A stretch of 64,000 nt of DNA, taken from an uncultured Clostridia bacterium. GTDB taxonomy: Bacteria > Bacillota > Clostridia > Christensenellales > UBA1242. Shown one piece after another: positions 48,475 to 58,330 of the stretch (position 1 is the first letter of the stretch; each line of letters begins with the position of its first letter). Position numbers and translations under genes: made by a program. Location of the stretch: assembly GCA_948442695.1 (NCBI GenBank), contig CAOJSF010000007.1, positions 3,861-67,860 of the forward strand, read 5' to 3'. The notes under the pieces are model-generated. The model saw nothing but the letters and a program-made list of their open reading frames with translations, was not told the DNA's origin and did not search any database.

Positions 48475-48503
48475 GTTTAAATCGTAATAGGGGTTATAAA
48501 TCC

Positions 48504-49445
48504 TTATTTATTGTCATCTTCGTCATTTGAATCAATTTTTTTCTTGAGTTCTTCAATGAATTTATCAAATTCTTCATCAAAATCTTCATTGTTTTCAGAT
48601 TCTTCAGTTTCTTCTACAGATTCTTCCTCGATTTCGTTATTCTCAGTTTCTTCTATAGTTTCTTCAGATTCGATATTTTCATCAACATTTTCATTTTCTT
48701 CAGATTCTTCAATTTCTTCATTCTCTGAAGATTCAACAACTTCTTCAGCGTTTTCTTCAACAGTTTCTTCTGTTGATTCTTCGCTTTCTTCTACTTCAAT
48801 TTGTTCATCAGTTGATTCTTCGATATTTTCTTCTTCTGTTTCTTGATTTTCCTCTTCAGCAATATCATTTTCTTCAACTTCTGAAATTTCTTCTTCGCTT
48901 TCAATGTTTTCTTCAACAATTTCTTCATCTGATACAAAAGTTTCTACTTCTGTGTCATTGATTTCTTCTTCAGAGATTTCTTCAACTGCTTCTTCTTCAA
49001 GTTCAACAACATTTTCATCATTGTTTTCAAGGAGAAGTGGAATTGCAGTCACATTTTCTGTTTCAACAACATTTTGTTCTTCAACATTTTCTTCAGCAAG
49101 TTCATCTTTAAGTTCATCAGTTGCATCAAAGTCAGCACCATGTTTGCTATAAAGCGCTTTTGCAACAATTACAATCATTCCAAAGATGAAAATAGTAAGT
49201 ATAATTGCGATAACTAAAGCCAAAATTTCATTTTTTCTTAGTCCTTCAATGAAACTTAAAATCAAATACATCCATGAAATGCATGAGATAAATGGTGCTA
49301 AGAGTGAAAGGGCAGATGCCTTTGCAAATGAGTTGAGTCTTTTAGCATACTTGATTGCCAAAAGTGTAGTTGCGATTGAAATAACTGCGAAGATGATTCC
49401 TAAAGAAAGAGCAGCGATTTGAGATACTTTCATAAAATCTAACAT
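48504..49445 (-). CDS. Membrane protein with extremely acidic low-complexity C-terminal tail
   Basis: 313 aa. Three or four N-terminal TMs, then about 200 aa dominated by E/N/V/I/D (EEENIEESTDEQIEVEESEE...). SD TATGGAGGAA. Confidence 0.65.
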   Translation of the reverse strand: MLDFMKVSQIAALSLGIIFAVISIATTLLAIKYAKRLNSFAKASALSLLAPFISCISWMYLILSFIEGLRKNEILALVIAIILTIFIFGMIVIVAKALYSKHGADFDATDELKDELAEENVEEQNVVETENVTAIPLLLENNDENVVELEEEAVEEISEEEINDTEVETFVSDEEIVEENIESEEEISEVEENDIAEEENQETEEENIEESTDEQIEVEESEESTEETVEENAEEVVESSENEEIEESEENENVDENIESEETIEETENNEIEEESVEETEESENNEDFDEEFDKFIEELKKKIDSNDEDDNK

Positions 49446-49572
49446 AATTCCTCCATAATTATCATTATTTTAGCACAATTAAAATTGTTTGTCAATAATG
49501 TTTTTTCTTTTATTTAAAAATGTTTTGAAATTTTATAGTTTTAGGTTATACTATTATTGAAGTTTAATTCAA

Positions 49573-50011
49573 TTTATATTATCGGAAGACGAATTTGCTT
49601 GCAGAGGTGGGGCTGATGGTAATATATAAATTGCGATAGACTACAAGGCAGTCAAATTCGCAGAATTTGTAAAAGTTTTATGTTAATAAAATTTTTACAT
49701 CACATGGTTTATATTATCGGAAGTTTTGTCAAGCAGTCAGAAAGACTATTTGAGCAAAACTGATGGTTATACATACTAAGTGGTGGACTGCAAGGCAGTC
49801 AAATTCGCAGAATTTGTAAAAGTTTTATGTTAATAAAATTTTTACATCACATGGTTTATATTACCGGAAGTTTTGTCAAGCAGTCAGAAAGACTATTTGA
49901 GCAAAACTGATGGTTATACATACTAAGTGGTGGACTGCAAAGCAGTCAAATTCGCAGAATTTGTAAAAGTTTTATGTTAATAAAATTTTTACATCACATG
50001 GTTTATATTAT
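49573..50011 (+). repeat. Three tandem copies (135, 147 and 147+ nt) of a four-hairpin element
   Basis: Unit starts (TTTATATTA(T/C)CGGAAG) at 49573, 49708 and 49855. Copies 2 and 3 differ at 2 positions. Copy 1 has a diverged 5' half. Hairpins in copy 2: 49722-49761, 49786-49800, 49801-49815, 49815-49846. Confidence 0.9.
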
Positions 50012-50947
50012 ATGAAAGAGAAAACAAAAATAAGCAAACAAAAATTGTTGATTATTATTTCAACAATAATATTGATTACTCTTGCAATTACAGCACTTGC
50101 AACTGCTTTTTTGATAAGTTATAATGGTTATTCTCCCGCAAAGCCTATGATTTTGGATGATGGCAAACAAATTTATATAACTTGCCAGAGTAATGAAAAC
50201 TATCAAAGTTATAGATTTAAGTTCTCATCTGAGGGGAAGGATATTTTGATTGACAGCAAAACAAATATGATTTCATCTAGTTTTGCTGTTGAAAAAGGTG
50301 TAAAACTGGGAGTTGATTATGAAGTTTCGTCATGCTATGTGGCAGACAGAGAGGGCAACAACAGTGAATATAGCAAGCCTATAAAATGGCAGTGCAGTCA
50401 ATATCTTGCATCTCCTGTGATTAAGTTTGACTTAGAGCAAAAACTTTTGATATGGGATGAGATTAGAAATGCCGATTTTTATAAAGTTTTTATAAATGGA
50501 AATGATGAATTTATCAATGTTGAAACCTCTCAACTTGACTTGACAACAATAGAGGGCGGAGAAAGAGTTTTTTCAGTGGTTGCTTGTTCTAAGAAAAACT
50601 ATTACAAAGAGAGTGCAGTTTCAAATGAGGTGAATATTAAACTTGTGCATACTCTTGTAGGTTTTTCATCAATCAATTTTGATTTAAATTCTAAAATAGT
50701 CGTTGCACGATGCACTGAAAAATATGATAATGTTGATATATTGCTTGATTCAACCCATTATATAGTAAAAAAATTTGATATAAAAGAGGAAGCAGGCTTC
50801 TTTGAATATAGAATTGATTTAAAATTGATTTATTCAAATCAAAAAATCATCGGGATAATGCCGGTAAGCAAAGATGAATACAATGTTGCTGACAGAGATA
50901 CCATAAAATATGTGACAGTTGAGTTTCCAGAAACTCCAGAAAATTGA
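50012..50947 (+). CDS. Hypothetical membrane-anchored extracytoplasmic protein (311 aa)
   Basis: N-terminal TM (LLIIISTIILITLAITALATAFLI) followed by a beta-rich region. No SD; the start abuts the repeat element. Confidence 0.55.
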   Translation: MKEKTKISKQKLLIIISTIILITLAITALATAFLISYNGYSPAKPMILDDGKQIYITCQSNENYQSYRFKFSSEGKDILIDSKTNMISSSFAVEKGVKLGVDYEVSSCYVADREGNNSEYSKPIKWQCSQYLASPVIKFDLEQKLLIWDEIRNADFYKVFINGNDEFINVETSQLDLTTIEGGERVFSVVACSKKNYYKESAVSNEVNIKLVHTLVGFSSINFDLNSKIVVARCTEKYDNVDILLDSTHYIVKKFDIKEEAGFFEYRIDLKLIYSNQKIIGIMPVSKDEYNVADRDTIKYVTVEFPETPEN

Positions 50948-51003
50948 TGTTTAAACTTTTTATGTTTAGATTATCTAATTTAAGATATAAAAAATAATAT
51001 ATA

Positions 51004-51033
51004 GTATTAAAATAAAATCATTAAGACATACTA
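51004..51033 (+). promoter_or_regulatory. Possible forespore (sigma-G/F-type) promoter of the ger operon
   Basis: GTATT (51004-51008), 18-nt spacer, CATACTA (51027-51033), 18 nt upstream of the ATG. The -10 resembles the CATnnTA consensus. Ger operons are sigma-G dependent in Bacillus. Confidence 0.35.
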
Positions 51034-51051
51034 AACACAAAAAGGTGGAGT

Positions 51052-52476
51052 ATGTCTTATTTTAATTTACAAGAAAAAATAGAAGAATTTAAAATGCTTT
51101 TAAATGACAGCATTGATTTTGCTCATCGCTATTTTGAAAAAGAGGGGCAAAAAGTCGCAATGATATTCTTGAAAAGCATAACTGATCAAGAATTGCTTTC
51201 AGATTCTATTTATATGCCTATGCAAATGTATCAGGGAAGTCTTAGCATTGAAAACTTGCAAAATGAGATTATAAAATGTTCTGATATTACCGAAATTGAG
51301 GAAGAAAAGATTATTAATGAAATTTTGGGCGGGAAGATAATTTTACTTACCGATTTTTCTGATAAAATAATTGCAGTAGATTTATATAAATTCCCAACCA
51401 GACAACCAACTGAGCCTCCAACATCACCAGTTATTCAGGGGCCACGAGAGGGATTTGTAGAAGATTTGCAAACCAACATTACTCTTATAAGGCGAAGGCT
51501 AAAGAGCAAAAACCTTGTGATAAAAAGTTTGCAAATAGGTTCTCAGTCACAGACCAAAATCGCCGTGACTTATCTTAAGGATGTTGCAAATGATTACATT
51601 GTAAACAAAGTGGTGAAAAAATTAAAAAAAATCAAGATTGATGGAATTATTGATAGTTATTATATCCTTTCATTTTTGGAAGAACATCCAAATTCACTTT
51701 TTAAGCAGGTGGGCAATGCAGAAAAACCAGACATTGTCACTGCCAAAATGCTTGAGGGAAAGGTTGCTATTATTGTTGATAATTCTCCGATAGTCTTGAC
51801 TGTCCCTTTTGCAATCATAGAGGATTTACAAAACAGTAATGATTATTATACAAATCACCATTATTCAAGCATTATCAGAGTCATTCGTCTGCTCGGACTT
51901 TTGATAGCCATTCTTGCACCTGGTTTTTATCTATCTTTGCAAATTTTTCATTATAATATTTTACCGCTAAACTTTCTAATAACCATTGCAGATACCACGC
52001 TGGGGCTTCCATTCACTCCATTTATTGAAATTGCATTTATATTTTTATTGTTTCAAATTCTTTATGAGGTCAGTTTGCGTCTTCCTAGTTACTTAGGGCT
52101 TGCAACTTCTGTTGTGGGTGCACTGATTTTGGGTGACACTGGTGTAAAGGCCGGACTTATTTCGCCACCAGGGGTTATTATTGTCGCCCTTGCTAAAATT
52201 GCACTTTATACTGTGCCAGAGCAGGCTTCTCAAATCACAGTTCTTCAGATTGTTTTTCTAATTTTAGGTGGTTCGCTGGGAATTATGGGAATTATGGCAG
52301 GAATGGTGTATGTGGTCAATTATTTGAATAAACTTGACAGTTTTGACACTCCATATCTTGCACCATATAGTCCTCGTATACCTAGAGACTTAAAAGATGC
52401 GATTCTTACAAATTCGATAATAGAAATGGATGAATTGCCCAAATCCTATTCGCCAAAAAAGGAGAAACGAAAATGA
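51052..52476 (+). CDS. Spore germination protein, GerA-family A subunit
   Basis: 474 aa. PTEPPTSPVIQGPREGFVEDLQTNITLIRRRL and the C-terminal TM block are typical of GerAA/GerKA. Confidence 0.9.
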   Translation: MSYFNLQEKIEEFKMLLNDSIDFAHRYFEKEGQKVAMIFLKSITDQELLSDSIYMPMQMYQGSLSIENLQNEIIKCSDITEIEEEKIINEILGGKIILLTDFSDKIIAVDLYKFPTRQPTEPPTSPVIQGPREGFVEDLQTNITLIRRRLKSKNLVIKSLQIGSQSQTKIAVTYLKDVANDYIVNKVVKKLKKIKIDGIIDSYYILSFLEEHPNSLFKQVGNAEKPDIVTAKMLEGKVAIIVDNSPIVLTVPFAIIEDLQNSNDYYTNHHYSSIIRVIRLLGLLIAILAPGFYLSLQIFHYNILPLNFLITIADTTLGLPFTPFIEIAFIFLLFQILYEVSLRLPSYLGLATSVVGALILGDTGVKAGLISPPGVIIVALAKIALYTVPEQASQITVLQIVFLILGGSLGIMGIMAGMVYVVNYLNKLDSFDTPYLAPYSPRIPRDLKDAILTNSIIEMDELPKSYSPKKEKRK

Positions 52477-53558
52477 AAGATAAGATTTCTATGAGGCAGG
52501 CGGGTATAATCGCACTTCTCATCATTTTTTCAAATAAAATATTGCTTTTGCCAGCACTCATGCATGAATACATTAAAGCAGATGCAATATTTGCGATAAT
52601 TATGCTTTTTGCCATTGAATTTTTGGCAGTTCCTATATTTTTAAAATTAAGAAGGACATTTCCACAGGAAAAACTTTATGATATTTTAAAAAGATATATT
52701 ACCGTTTTTGGAGCAAAACTTTTGTATCTTGCATCAATGGTTTTTATGATTTTTAAGGCTCTTTTAGTTTTCAGTATCGTCTATGTCTATCTTAAAGAAC
52801 AGATTTATCAAAATGAGTTTGTCTGGATTGCACTTATCTCCTTTATTCCTATCATGAATCATGCGGTCATGTCTGGACTTAAACCGACAGCGAGGACAAT
52901 GGAACTTTTCTTTGGAGTCTTGATTGCAGGATTTGTATTCTGTCTGGTTATATCATTTTTTACGCCTATTTCAACTCCATACTTTTTTGTCTCTTCTGCA
53001 AAAGACATTTTTGCATCTATTTATAAATACGCTTTCACATTTGGTGACTCACTCTTTTTATTTTTAATAATTGATAAAATTGATTATAAACCGAAAGAAG
53101 AAAAAAAGTTTTATTTTTATGTTTTTTTTGGGATGATTTTGGTTGTCGCTCTGTTTTTCCTTTTCTATTGCAAATATCAACTTACATCTTTTATGCACAA
53201 CAATGCTTTGGCAGACTTACTGGTTTTTTCAGTCCGTTTTAATGCGATAGGACGGCTTGATATCGTTGCAATGCTGACGATAATGCTTTCATCTCTCTTT
53301 CAGATGGAAATATTTTGTTATGGGTTTTGTGATAGTTTTATAAATGTGTTGCCTCTTGATAAAAAGTATGCGATTGTGCTTTTTGACATCATATTTTTGA
53401 TACTTTATTATATTTTCATAGGTAAATATGAGATCATGGTCAAGTCAACGGTTACATGGCTACCTGTTTTAGGAGTGATTATGGGTTATGTCTTTCCGAT
53501 TGCCTGTTTTATCTTTACTTTCTTAAAGAGGAGGAAAAAAGATGAAAAATCAGATTAA
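52473..53558 (+). CDS. Spore germination permease, GerA-family B subunit
   Basis: 361 aa, about 10 TM. N-terminal KISMRQAGIIALLI is typical of GerAB/APC-type subunits. 4-nt overlap with the A subunit gene. Confidence 0.85.
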   Translation: MKDKISMRQAGIIALLIIFSNKILLLPALMHEYIKADAIFAIIMLFAIEFLAVPIFLKLRRTFPQEKLYDILKRYITVFGAKLLYLASMVFMIFKALLVFSIVYVYLKEQIYQNEFVWIALISFIPIMNHAVMSGLKPTARTMELFFGVLIAGFVFCLVISFFTPISTPYFFVSSAKDIFASIYKYAFTFGDSLFLFLIIDKIDYKPKEEKKFYFYVFFGMILVVALFFLFYCKYQLTSFMHNNALADLLVFSVRFNAIGRLDIVAMLTIMLSSLFQMEIFCYGFCDSFINVLPLDKKYAIVLFDIIFLILYYIFIGKYEIMVKSTVTWLPVLGVIMGYVFPIACFIFTFLKRRKKDEKSD

Positions 53559-54951
53559 AAGAATATTTAAAAATCCTATGATTTTGGTCTTTATTGCAAT
53601 CCTTGTCTTTTTCACTCCACAAAGCCTTTATTCTCCAGGTCAAAACAGAGAGGTAGGTGTGGTTGTTGGAATAGGAATTGATAGGCAGGCGGATGAATTT
53701 GAAGTGTCGCTCCTGACTTTTATTCCAACCGCTCAACAATCTTATGAGCAGATGAACTCTGTCATTTCTGGCAAAGGTGATACTGTTGCAAAGGCGTTAT
53801 ATAACGCCCAAATCGCAATGGGGAGAAAGGTGGGTTTGTCTCACGCAAAGACAACGGTTGTCAATCAAGAACTGTTGCAAAATGATGTCGCTGAATATAT
53901 TGATTATTTAAGCAGGGTTGCATCTCTTTCAGAAAATACCGTGTTTATTTGCACTGATACTTCTGCAAAAGAACTTTTGCAGGCTTCGATTTCGCTTGAA
54001 AGCACTGTTGGAATGCAACTGGAACAGATAATCGGTTATAATGCAAAAAACCTTTATGTAACTGATACATCTTTAGAGGCATTTTATAAGGGATATTACA
54101 GCAAAGCAAACTCTTCACTCATAGGTTTTATATCTGTCGAATGTGAAGATGGCGCTTGCGAGGAAGGGGCAAGCGGAGCATCACAAAATATAGGACCTAC
54201 TCAAATTAATACTGCCGGAACTGGAGCGAATGATATCTCTTCAGGAAGCAGTATGACGGGTTCTTCAAGGTCAGGAAGCAATGAAGGTTCTTCAAGCACA
54301 AATTCTGTCAGCGGTGGCTCTGGCGGAGGAGAAAATGGAGGTTCTAGTGGTGGCGGTGGAGCGGGTGGCTCTGGTGGCGGTTCAAGTTCAGGTGGCAGTT
54401 CAAGTGGTGGAGAAAAGAAAATACTCAATGAAGGTAAAGCGGTATTGTTAAAAAATGGAAAACTCATGGAAACACTGTCTGTTGATCTATTAAATGGAAT
54501 CAATTTATTAAACATTGAATCAGTCAACCAGATTATCACCATAAAAGAAGATAAGGAAGAAAAACCTTTGAAATATTCATATAGAATCAAAAATAAAAGA
54601 ATCAGCACTGTCACTAATTTTGAAAATGGTTTTCCGATATATGGTGCTCAACTTATCCTGGGACTTGAACTTGTTGAAATTGATGGAAATCATGAAAATC
54701 TTAAGGTCAACACAGAGTTTTCAGATATAAAACCACAGGTGCAAAAAAAGATAGACCAAAATTTGAAAAAGCAGTTTACTGATGCAGTTGAAGTATTAAG
54801 AAAAAATAAAACTGATGTAATAGGAATAAATGAGGCATTTTTTAAGGCGCATAGAAAGGAGTATCTCCATTTCTTAGAGGAGATAGGGGGCGCTGACAAC
54901 TTCCTCGATTATGTGAATTTTAAGGTGAATTTTGTTCTGGAAAGTGACTAA
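53542..54951 (+). CDS. Ger(x)C-family germination protein, atypical (no lipobox Cys; Gly/Ser-rich insertion)
   Basis: 469 aa. VGVVVGIGIDR..., the C-terminal ...FKVNFVLES and position in the operon indicate GerC. The N-terminal region has a TM but no Cys. About 85 aa of G/S low complexity at 54150-54420. Confidence 0.75.
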   Translation: MKNQIKRIFKNPMILVFIAILVFFTPQSLYSPGQNREVGVVVGIGIDRQADEFEVSLLTFIPTAQQSYEQMNSVISGKGDTVAKALYNAQIAMGRKVGLSHAKTTVVNQELLQNDVAEYIDYLSRVASLSENTVFICTDTSAKELLQASISLESTVGMQLEQIIGYNAKNLYVTDTSLEAFYKGYYSKANSSLIGFISVECEDGACEEGASGASQNIGPTQINTAGTGANDISSGSSMTGSSRSGSNEGSSSTNSVSGGSGGGENGGSSGGGGAGGSGGGSSSGGSSSGGEKKILNEGKAVLLKNGKLMETLSVDLLNGINLLNIESVNQIITIKEDKEEKPLKYSYRIKNKRISTVTNFENGFPIYGAQLILGLELVEIDGNHENLKVNTEFSDIKPQVQKKIDQNLKKQFTDAVEVLRKNKTDVIGINEAFFKAHRKEYLHFLEEIGGADNFLDYVNFKVNFVLESD

Positions 54952-55063
54952 TTTTGTCGAATAAAGGCTAAGATATAAAAAAAATAATAATTTCACATCA
55001 ATTTAAGTTGTCTTATCTTAATTTTTATGATACAATATTATGTATATGTTTTAAGGAGGCAAT

Positions 55064-57454
55064 GTGAACGAACAAAAACCAAAATTTAAATATTCATATA
55101 TTGTGATTTTGTTGCTTATTATCTTATTGTTTGTTTTGATTTTTACAAATAATGGCTATAAAGGCGAATATATTGATAGAGGTATCACCGAAGTTGAAGA
55201 ACTTATTGCTGGAACTCACAAAAATTCCAAAGGAGAACTTGAGCAACTTGTCAAAGTATATTATAAAAATGATACAATGTATTTCTTAGTTAAATCTAAA
55301 AAACAGGAATCAGATGAATGGAAAGATTCAAAATACAAAAACAACTTCCCAAAATACTCTGACTACTATGTTCATTATGAATATGGTGACGGATTTGTCG
55401 CTCAGGTGCGTGAAAAACTTGCTGAGGCAAATATAACTTATGAAGTTGGGGTAAATGGCTTCAACTGGACAATTCTTATTTATCCATTAATGTATGTAGG
55501 TGTTTTCGGCCTCACACTTTTCTTGATGTTTAAAATGATGGGTGGCGGAAGCAAAGGTGCTTTGGGTTTTGCTAAAAGCAAGGCAAGAGCATATGTAAAC
55601 AATAAAGTTAGATTCAGTGATATTGCTGGTGCTGACGAAGAGAAAGAAGAACTTAAAGAAATAGTAGAATTTCTAAAATCACCAAAAAGATTTACAGACC
55701 TCGGTGCAAGAATACCAAAAGGTGTGCTTTTGGTTGGTAATCCAGGAACTGGTAAAACTCTTCTTGCAAGGGCAGTTGCAGGTGAGGCAAATGTTCCATT
55801 TATCTCAATAAGCGGTTCTGACTTTGTTGAAATGTTTGTTGGTGTTGGTGCTGCCAGAGTAAGAGATTTGTTTGATCAAGCAAAGAAAAACAAACCTTGT
55901 ATAATTTTTATTGATGAAATTGATGCTGTTGGTCGTCAAAGAGGTGCTGGTGTAGGTGGCGGAAATGATGAAAGAGAACAAACACTCAACCAACTTCTTG
56001 TTGAAATGGATGGGTTTGAATCAAATGAAGGAATAATAATCCTTGCCGCAACAAACAGAAGTGATATTCTTGATCAGGCACTTATGCGTCCAGGCAGATT
56101 TGATAGACAAATCTATGTAAACACTCCTGATATAAAAGGCAGAGAGGGCATTTTAAAAATTCACGCTAGAAATAAACCTATTGATGAAAGTGTTGATTTT
56201 AATACACTTGCAAAAATAACAGTTGGTTTTACTGGTGCTGATATTGAAAATATGTTGAATGAAGCGGCTATATTAGCGGCTAGAGACCACAGAACAACAA
56301 TCGTAATGGAAGATATTACTGAAGGTATCAACAAAGTGACAATGGGCCCTCAAAAGAAAAGCAGACTCATTACAGAAAAAGATAGACAAATCACAGCCTA
56401 TCATGAAGCAGGTCATGCTGTGCTTGCAAAACTTATGAAATTTACTGATAAAGTTCAAGAAGTATCAATCATTCCTAGAGGTATGGCTGGTGGATATACT
56501 ATGCAACGCCCAGAAAATGACAACTCTTATATGACTTACAACAAACTTGTTGATGAAATTGCAGTTTGTATGGGTGGTCGCATTGCTGAAGAACTTATCT
56601 TTGGCGATATCACAACAGGTGCTTCAAGTGACATTATGCAGGCAAGCAAGATTGCAAGGGGCATGGTTTTCAATTATGGAATGAGCAAAAAATTAGGATT
56701 TTTAAGTCTGGATAGTCAAGGTCAATTATTTATCGGAAGAGATTATCAGACAAGGTCTGGCTACTCAGAAAAACTTGCTGCAGAAGCCGATGATGAAGTC
56801 AAGGAAATTCTTGACGAAAATTATGCAAGAGCAAAGAAAATTCTAAAAGAAAATCTTTCTTTCTTGAAAGAAATGGCTACACTTTTGCTTGATCAAGAGA
56901 CAATTTATAGCGAAGAAGTTGATCTCATTGCAGAAGGTAAGAGTGCAAGTCAGATTAGTGAAATCATGAAAGAGCACAAGAAAAAACAAAAAGAGAAAGA
57001 AGAGGCAAAGAAAAAACAACAAGCCGAAGAAGAAAGACTTAAAATAATTGATGGAAAAATCAAAGAAGGTCAGAAATTGTTGTCTGCCGGTATAATTACT
57101 CAAGAAGAATATGATGCGATTGTAAAAGACCTTGAAAAAATTAAAGAAGGCACAAATAATGATGTTATTGTCACAATCAATCAAGGAAAAACTATAAATT
57201 CTGATGTAAAAAATGAAGGTGATAGTATTTCTGAAAACAAGACTGAAGAAAATGAAAAACAGGTGACTGAAGAAAATACACAAGAAGTTGACTCTTCAGA
57301 AAAATCCATTCAAACAGAAATTGTTGAAGAAAAGCCTAAAGCAAAAACTTCAAGAGCAAAGTCAACAGAACTAAAAAAAGAAAGTGATGAAAAATCAGAA
57401 AAGAAAACATCAACAAGAAAAACTGTTGACAAAAAAGATGAAGAAAACAAGTAA
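55064..57454 (+). CDS. ftsH: ATP-dependent zinc metalloprotease FtsH with long K/E-rich C-terminal extension
   Basis: GTG start 4 nt after AAGGAGG. Walker [17 protein letters not shown] region, zinc motif HEAGHAV. About 170 extra C-terminal residues rich in K/E. Confidence 0.95.
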   Translation: MNEQKPKFKYSYIVILLLIILLFVLIFTNNGYKGEYIDRGITEVEELIAGTHKNSKGELEQLVKVYYKNDTMYFLVKSKKQESDEWKDSKYKNNFPKYSDYYVHYEYGDGFVAQVREKLAEANITYEVGVNGFNWTILIYPLMYVGVFGLTLFLMFKMMGGGSKGALGFAKSKARAYVNNKVRFSDIAGADEEKEELKEIVEFLKSPKRFTDLGARIPKGVLLVGNPGTGKTLLARAVAGEANVPFISISGSDFVEMFVGVGAARVRDLFDQAKKNKPCIIFIDEIDAVGRQRGAGVGGGNDEREQTLNQLLVEMDGFESNEGIIILAATNRSDILDQALMRPGRFDRQIYVNTPDIKGREGILKIHARNKPIDESVDFNTLAKITVGFTGADIENMLNEAAILAARDHRTTIVMEDITEGINKVTMGPQKKSRLITEKDRQITAYHEAGHAVLAKLMKFTDKVQEVSIIPRGMAGGYTMQRPENDNSYMTYNKLVDEIAVCMGGRIAEELIFGDITTGASSDIMQASKIARGMVFNYGMSKKLGFLSLDSQGQLFIGRDYQTRSGYSEKLAAEADDEVKEILDENYARAKKILKENLSFLKEMATLLLDQETIYSEEVDLIAEGKSASQISEIMKEHKKKQKEKEEAKKKQQAEEERLKIIDGKIKEGQKLLSAGIITQEEYDAIVKDLEKIKEGTNNDVIVTINQGKTINSDVKNEGDSISENKTEENEKQVTEENTQEVDSSEKSIQTEIVEEKPKAKTSRAKSTELKKESDEKSEKKTSTRKTVDKKDEENK

Positions 57455-57467
57455 AAGGAGGTAATAA

Positions 57468-58151
57468 ATGGAAGAAAACTTAACACAAGAAAACGAAAAT
57501 GTTGACAAAGTTTTAAATTCAGTCAGTGATGCTTATCTTGCAAAGAAAAAACGAACTCGTATAATTTCTTACTCAATTACCTCCGCAATAATTTTGATAC
57601 TTGCTGTTACGATTATAGTTCTTTCTTGCATTAAAATTGACTTATACCCTAAATTCATGGGCAGAGTTTCAAGTTTTAGAGTGACATTGTCAGGTTATAC
57701 TTCAATGACAATGGTGGAAAATACCGAAGAATATGATGATTTTAATAAAATCTATCTTGAATCTTTCCAAACACAATATATGACTGCAATTTTTACAGGC
57801 AAAGTTGGTGGATATTCAATTCAAGATACTCAATATGACTTCTATGCAAAAAATTCAAAAACTGCCCCTAGCAGTGAACTTTTGAAAAAACTGGGTGACA
57901 ATTATGTCCGTGTTTCATTTGCTGAAGAAAGTAAAATATTAAAGTCAAATGGCAAAGTATTCAAATCTTCTTTCAACTCAGACAAATCATTTACTTTTGA
58001 TGAGATGTATTTCAACTTAAATACTAAAAATAGTCAAAGTGAAACAACTCTCTTTTTGGGAGGCAAACTTGAGGGGACTGATGCGGTAAGAATTGTTGAA
58101 ATAAATGTTCGAGCAAATACTTACGACCTTTATAAATTTGCAACAAAGTAA
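57468..58151 (+). CDS. Hypothetical membrane-anchored protein (227 aa)
   Basis: SD AAAAGGAGG. Single TM (IISYSITSAIILILAVTIIVLSCI). 13 nt downstream of ftsH. Confidence 0.6.
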   Translation: MEENLTQENENVDKVLNSVSDAYLAKKKRTRIISYSITSAIILILAVTIIVLSCIKIDLYPKFMGRVSSFRVTLSGYTSMTMVENTEEYDDFNKIYLESFQTQYMTAIFTGKVGGYSIQDTQYDFYAKNSKTAPSSELLKKLGDNYVRVSFAEESKILKSNGKVFKSSFNSDKSFTFDEMYFNLNTKNSQSETTLFLGGKLEGTDAVRIVEINVRANTYDLYKFATK

Positions 58152-58171
58152 AATATTAAATTATAATAAAT

Positions 58172-58205
58172 AAAAAACATCAACTTTATAGGTTGATGTT
58201 TTTTT
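58172..58205 (+). terminator. Intrinsic terminator
   Basis: AACATCAAC-N7-GTTGATGTT followed by T7. Confidence 0.8.
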
Positions 58206-58212
58206 AGTCATA

Positions 58213-58252
58213 CAAGAATAACAGGAGCAAAGTGAGTGTTTTCTTTTAGAAA
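58213..58252 (+). repeat. Solitary degenerate copy of the 42-bp unit
   Basis: CAAGAATAACAGGAGCAAAGTGAGTGTTTTC followed by TTTTAGAAA resembles the last unit of array A (GCAAGAATAACACGAATGAAATGAGTGTTTTC). Again lies directly after a terminator T-run. Confidence 0.7.
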
Positions 58253-58330
58253 TTTCTTTTTTTATCAATTTTCATTTGATATGTAAACCTGATTATTATT
58301 TTGTTTGCAAACGAATGAAAAGTGTGTTTT

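Noticed and set aside
48511-49152. Ser-rich plus-strand ORFs (111, 62 and 82 aa) opposite the acidic-tail gene.
   Set aside because: These are antisense artefacts of GAA/GAG-rich low-complexity coding sequence (TTC/CTC read as S/F/L). They have no SD.
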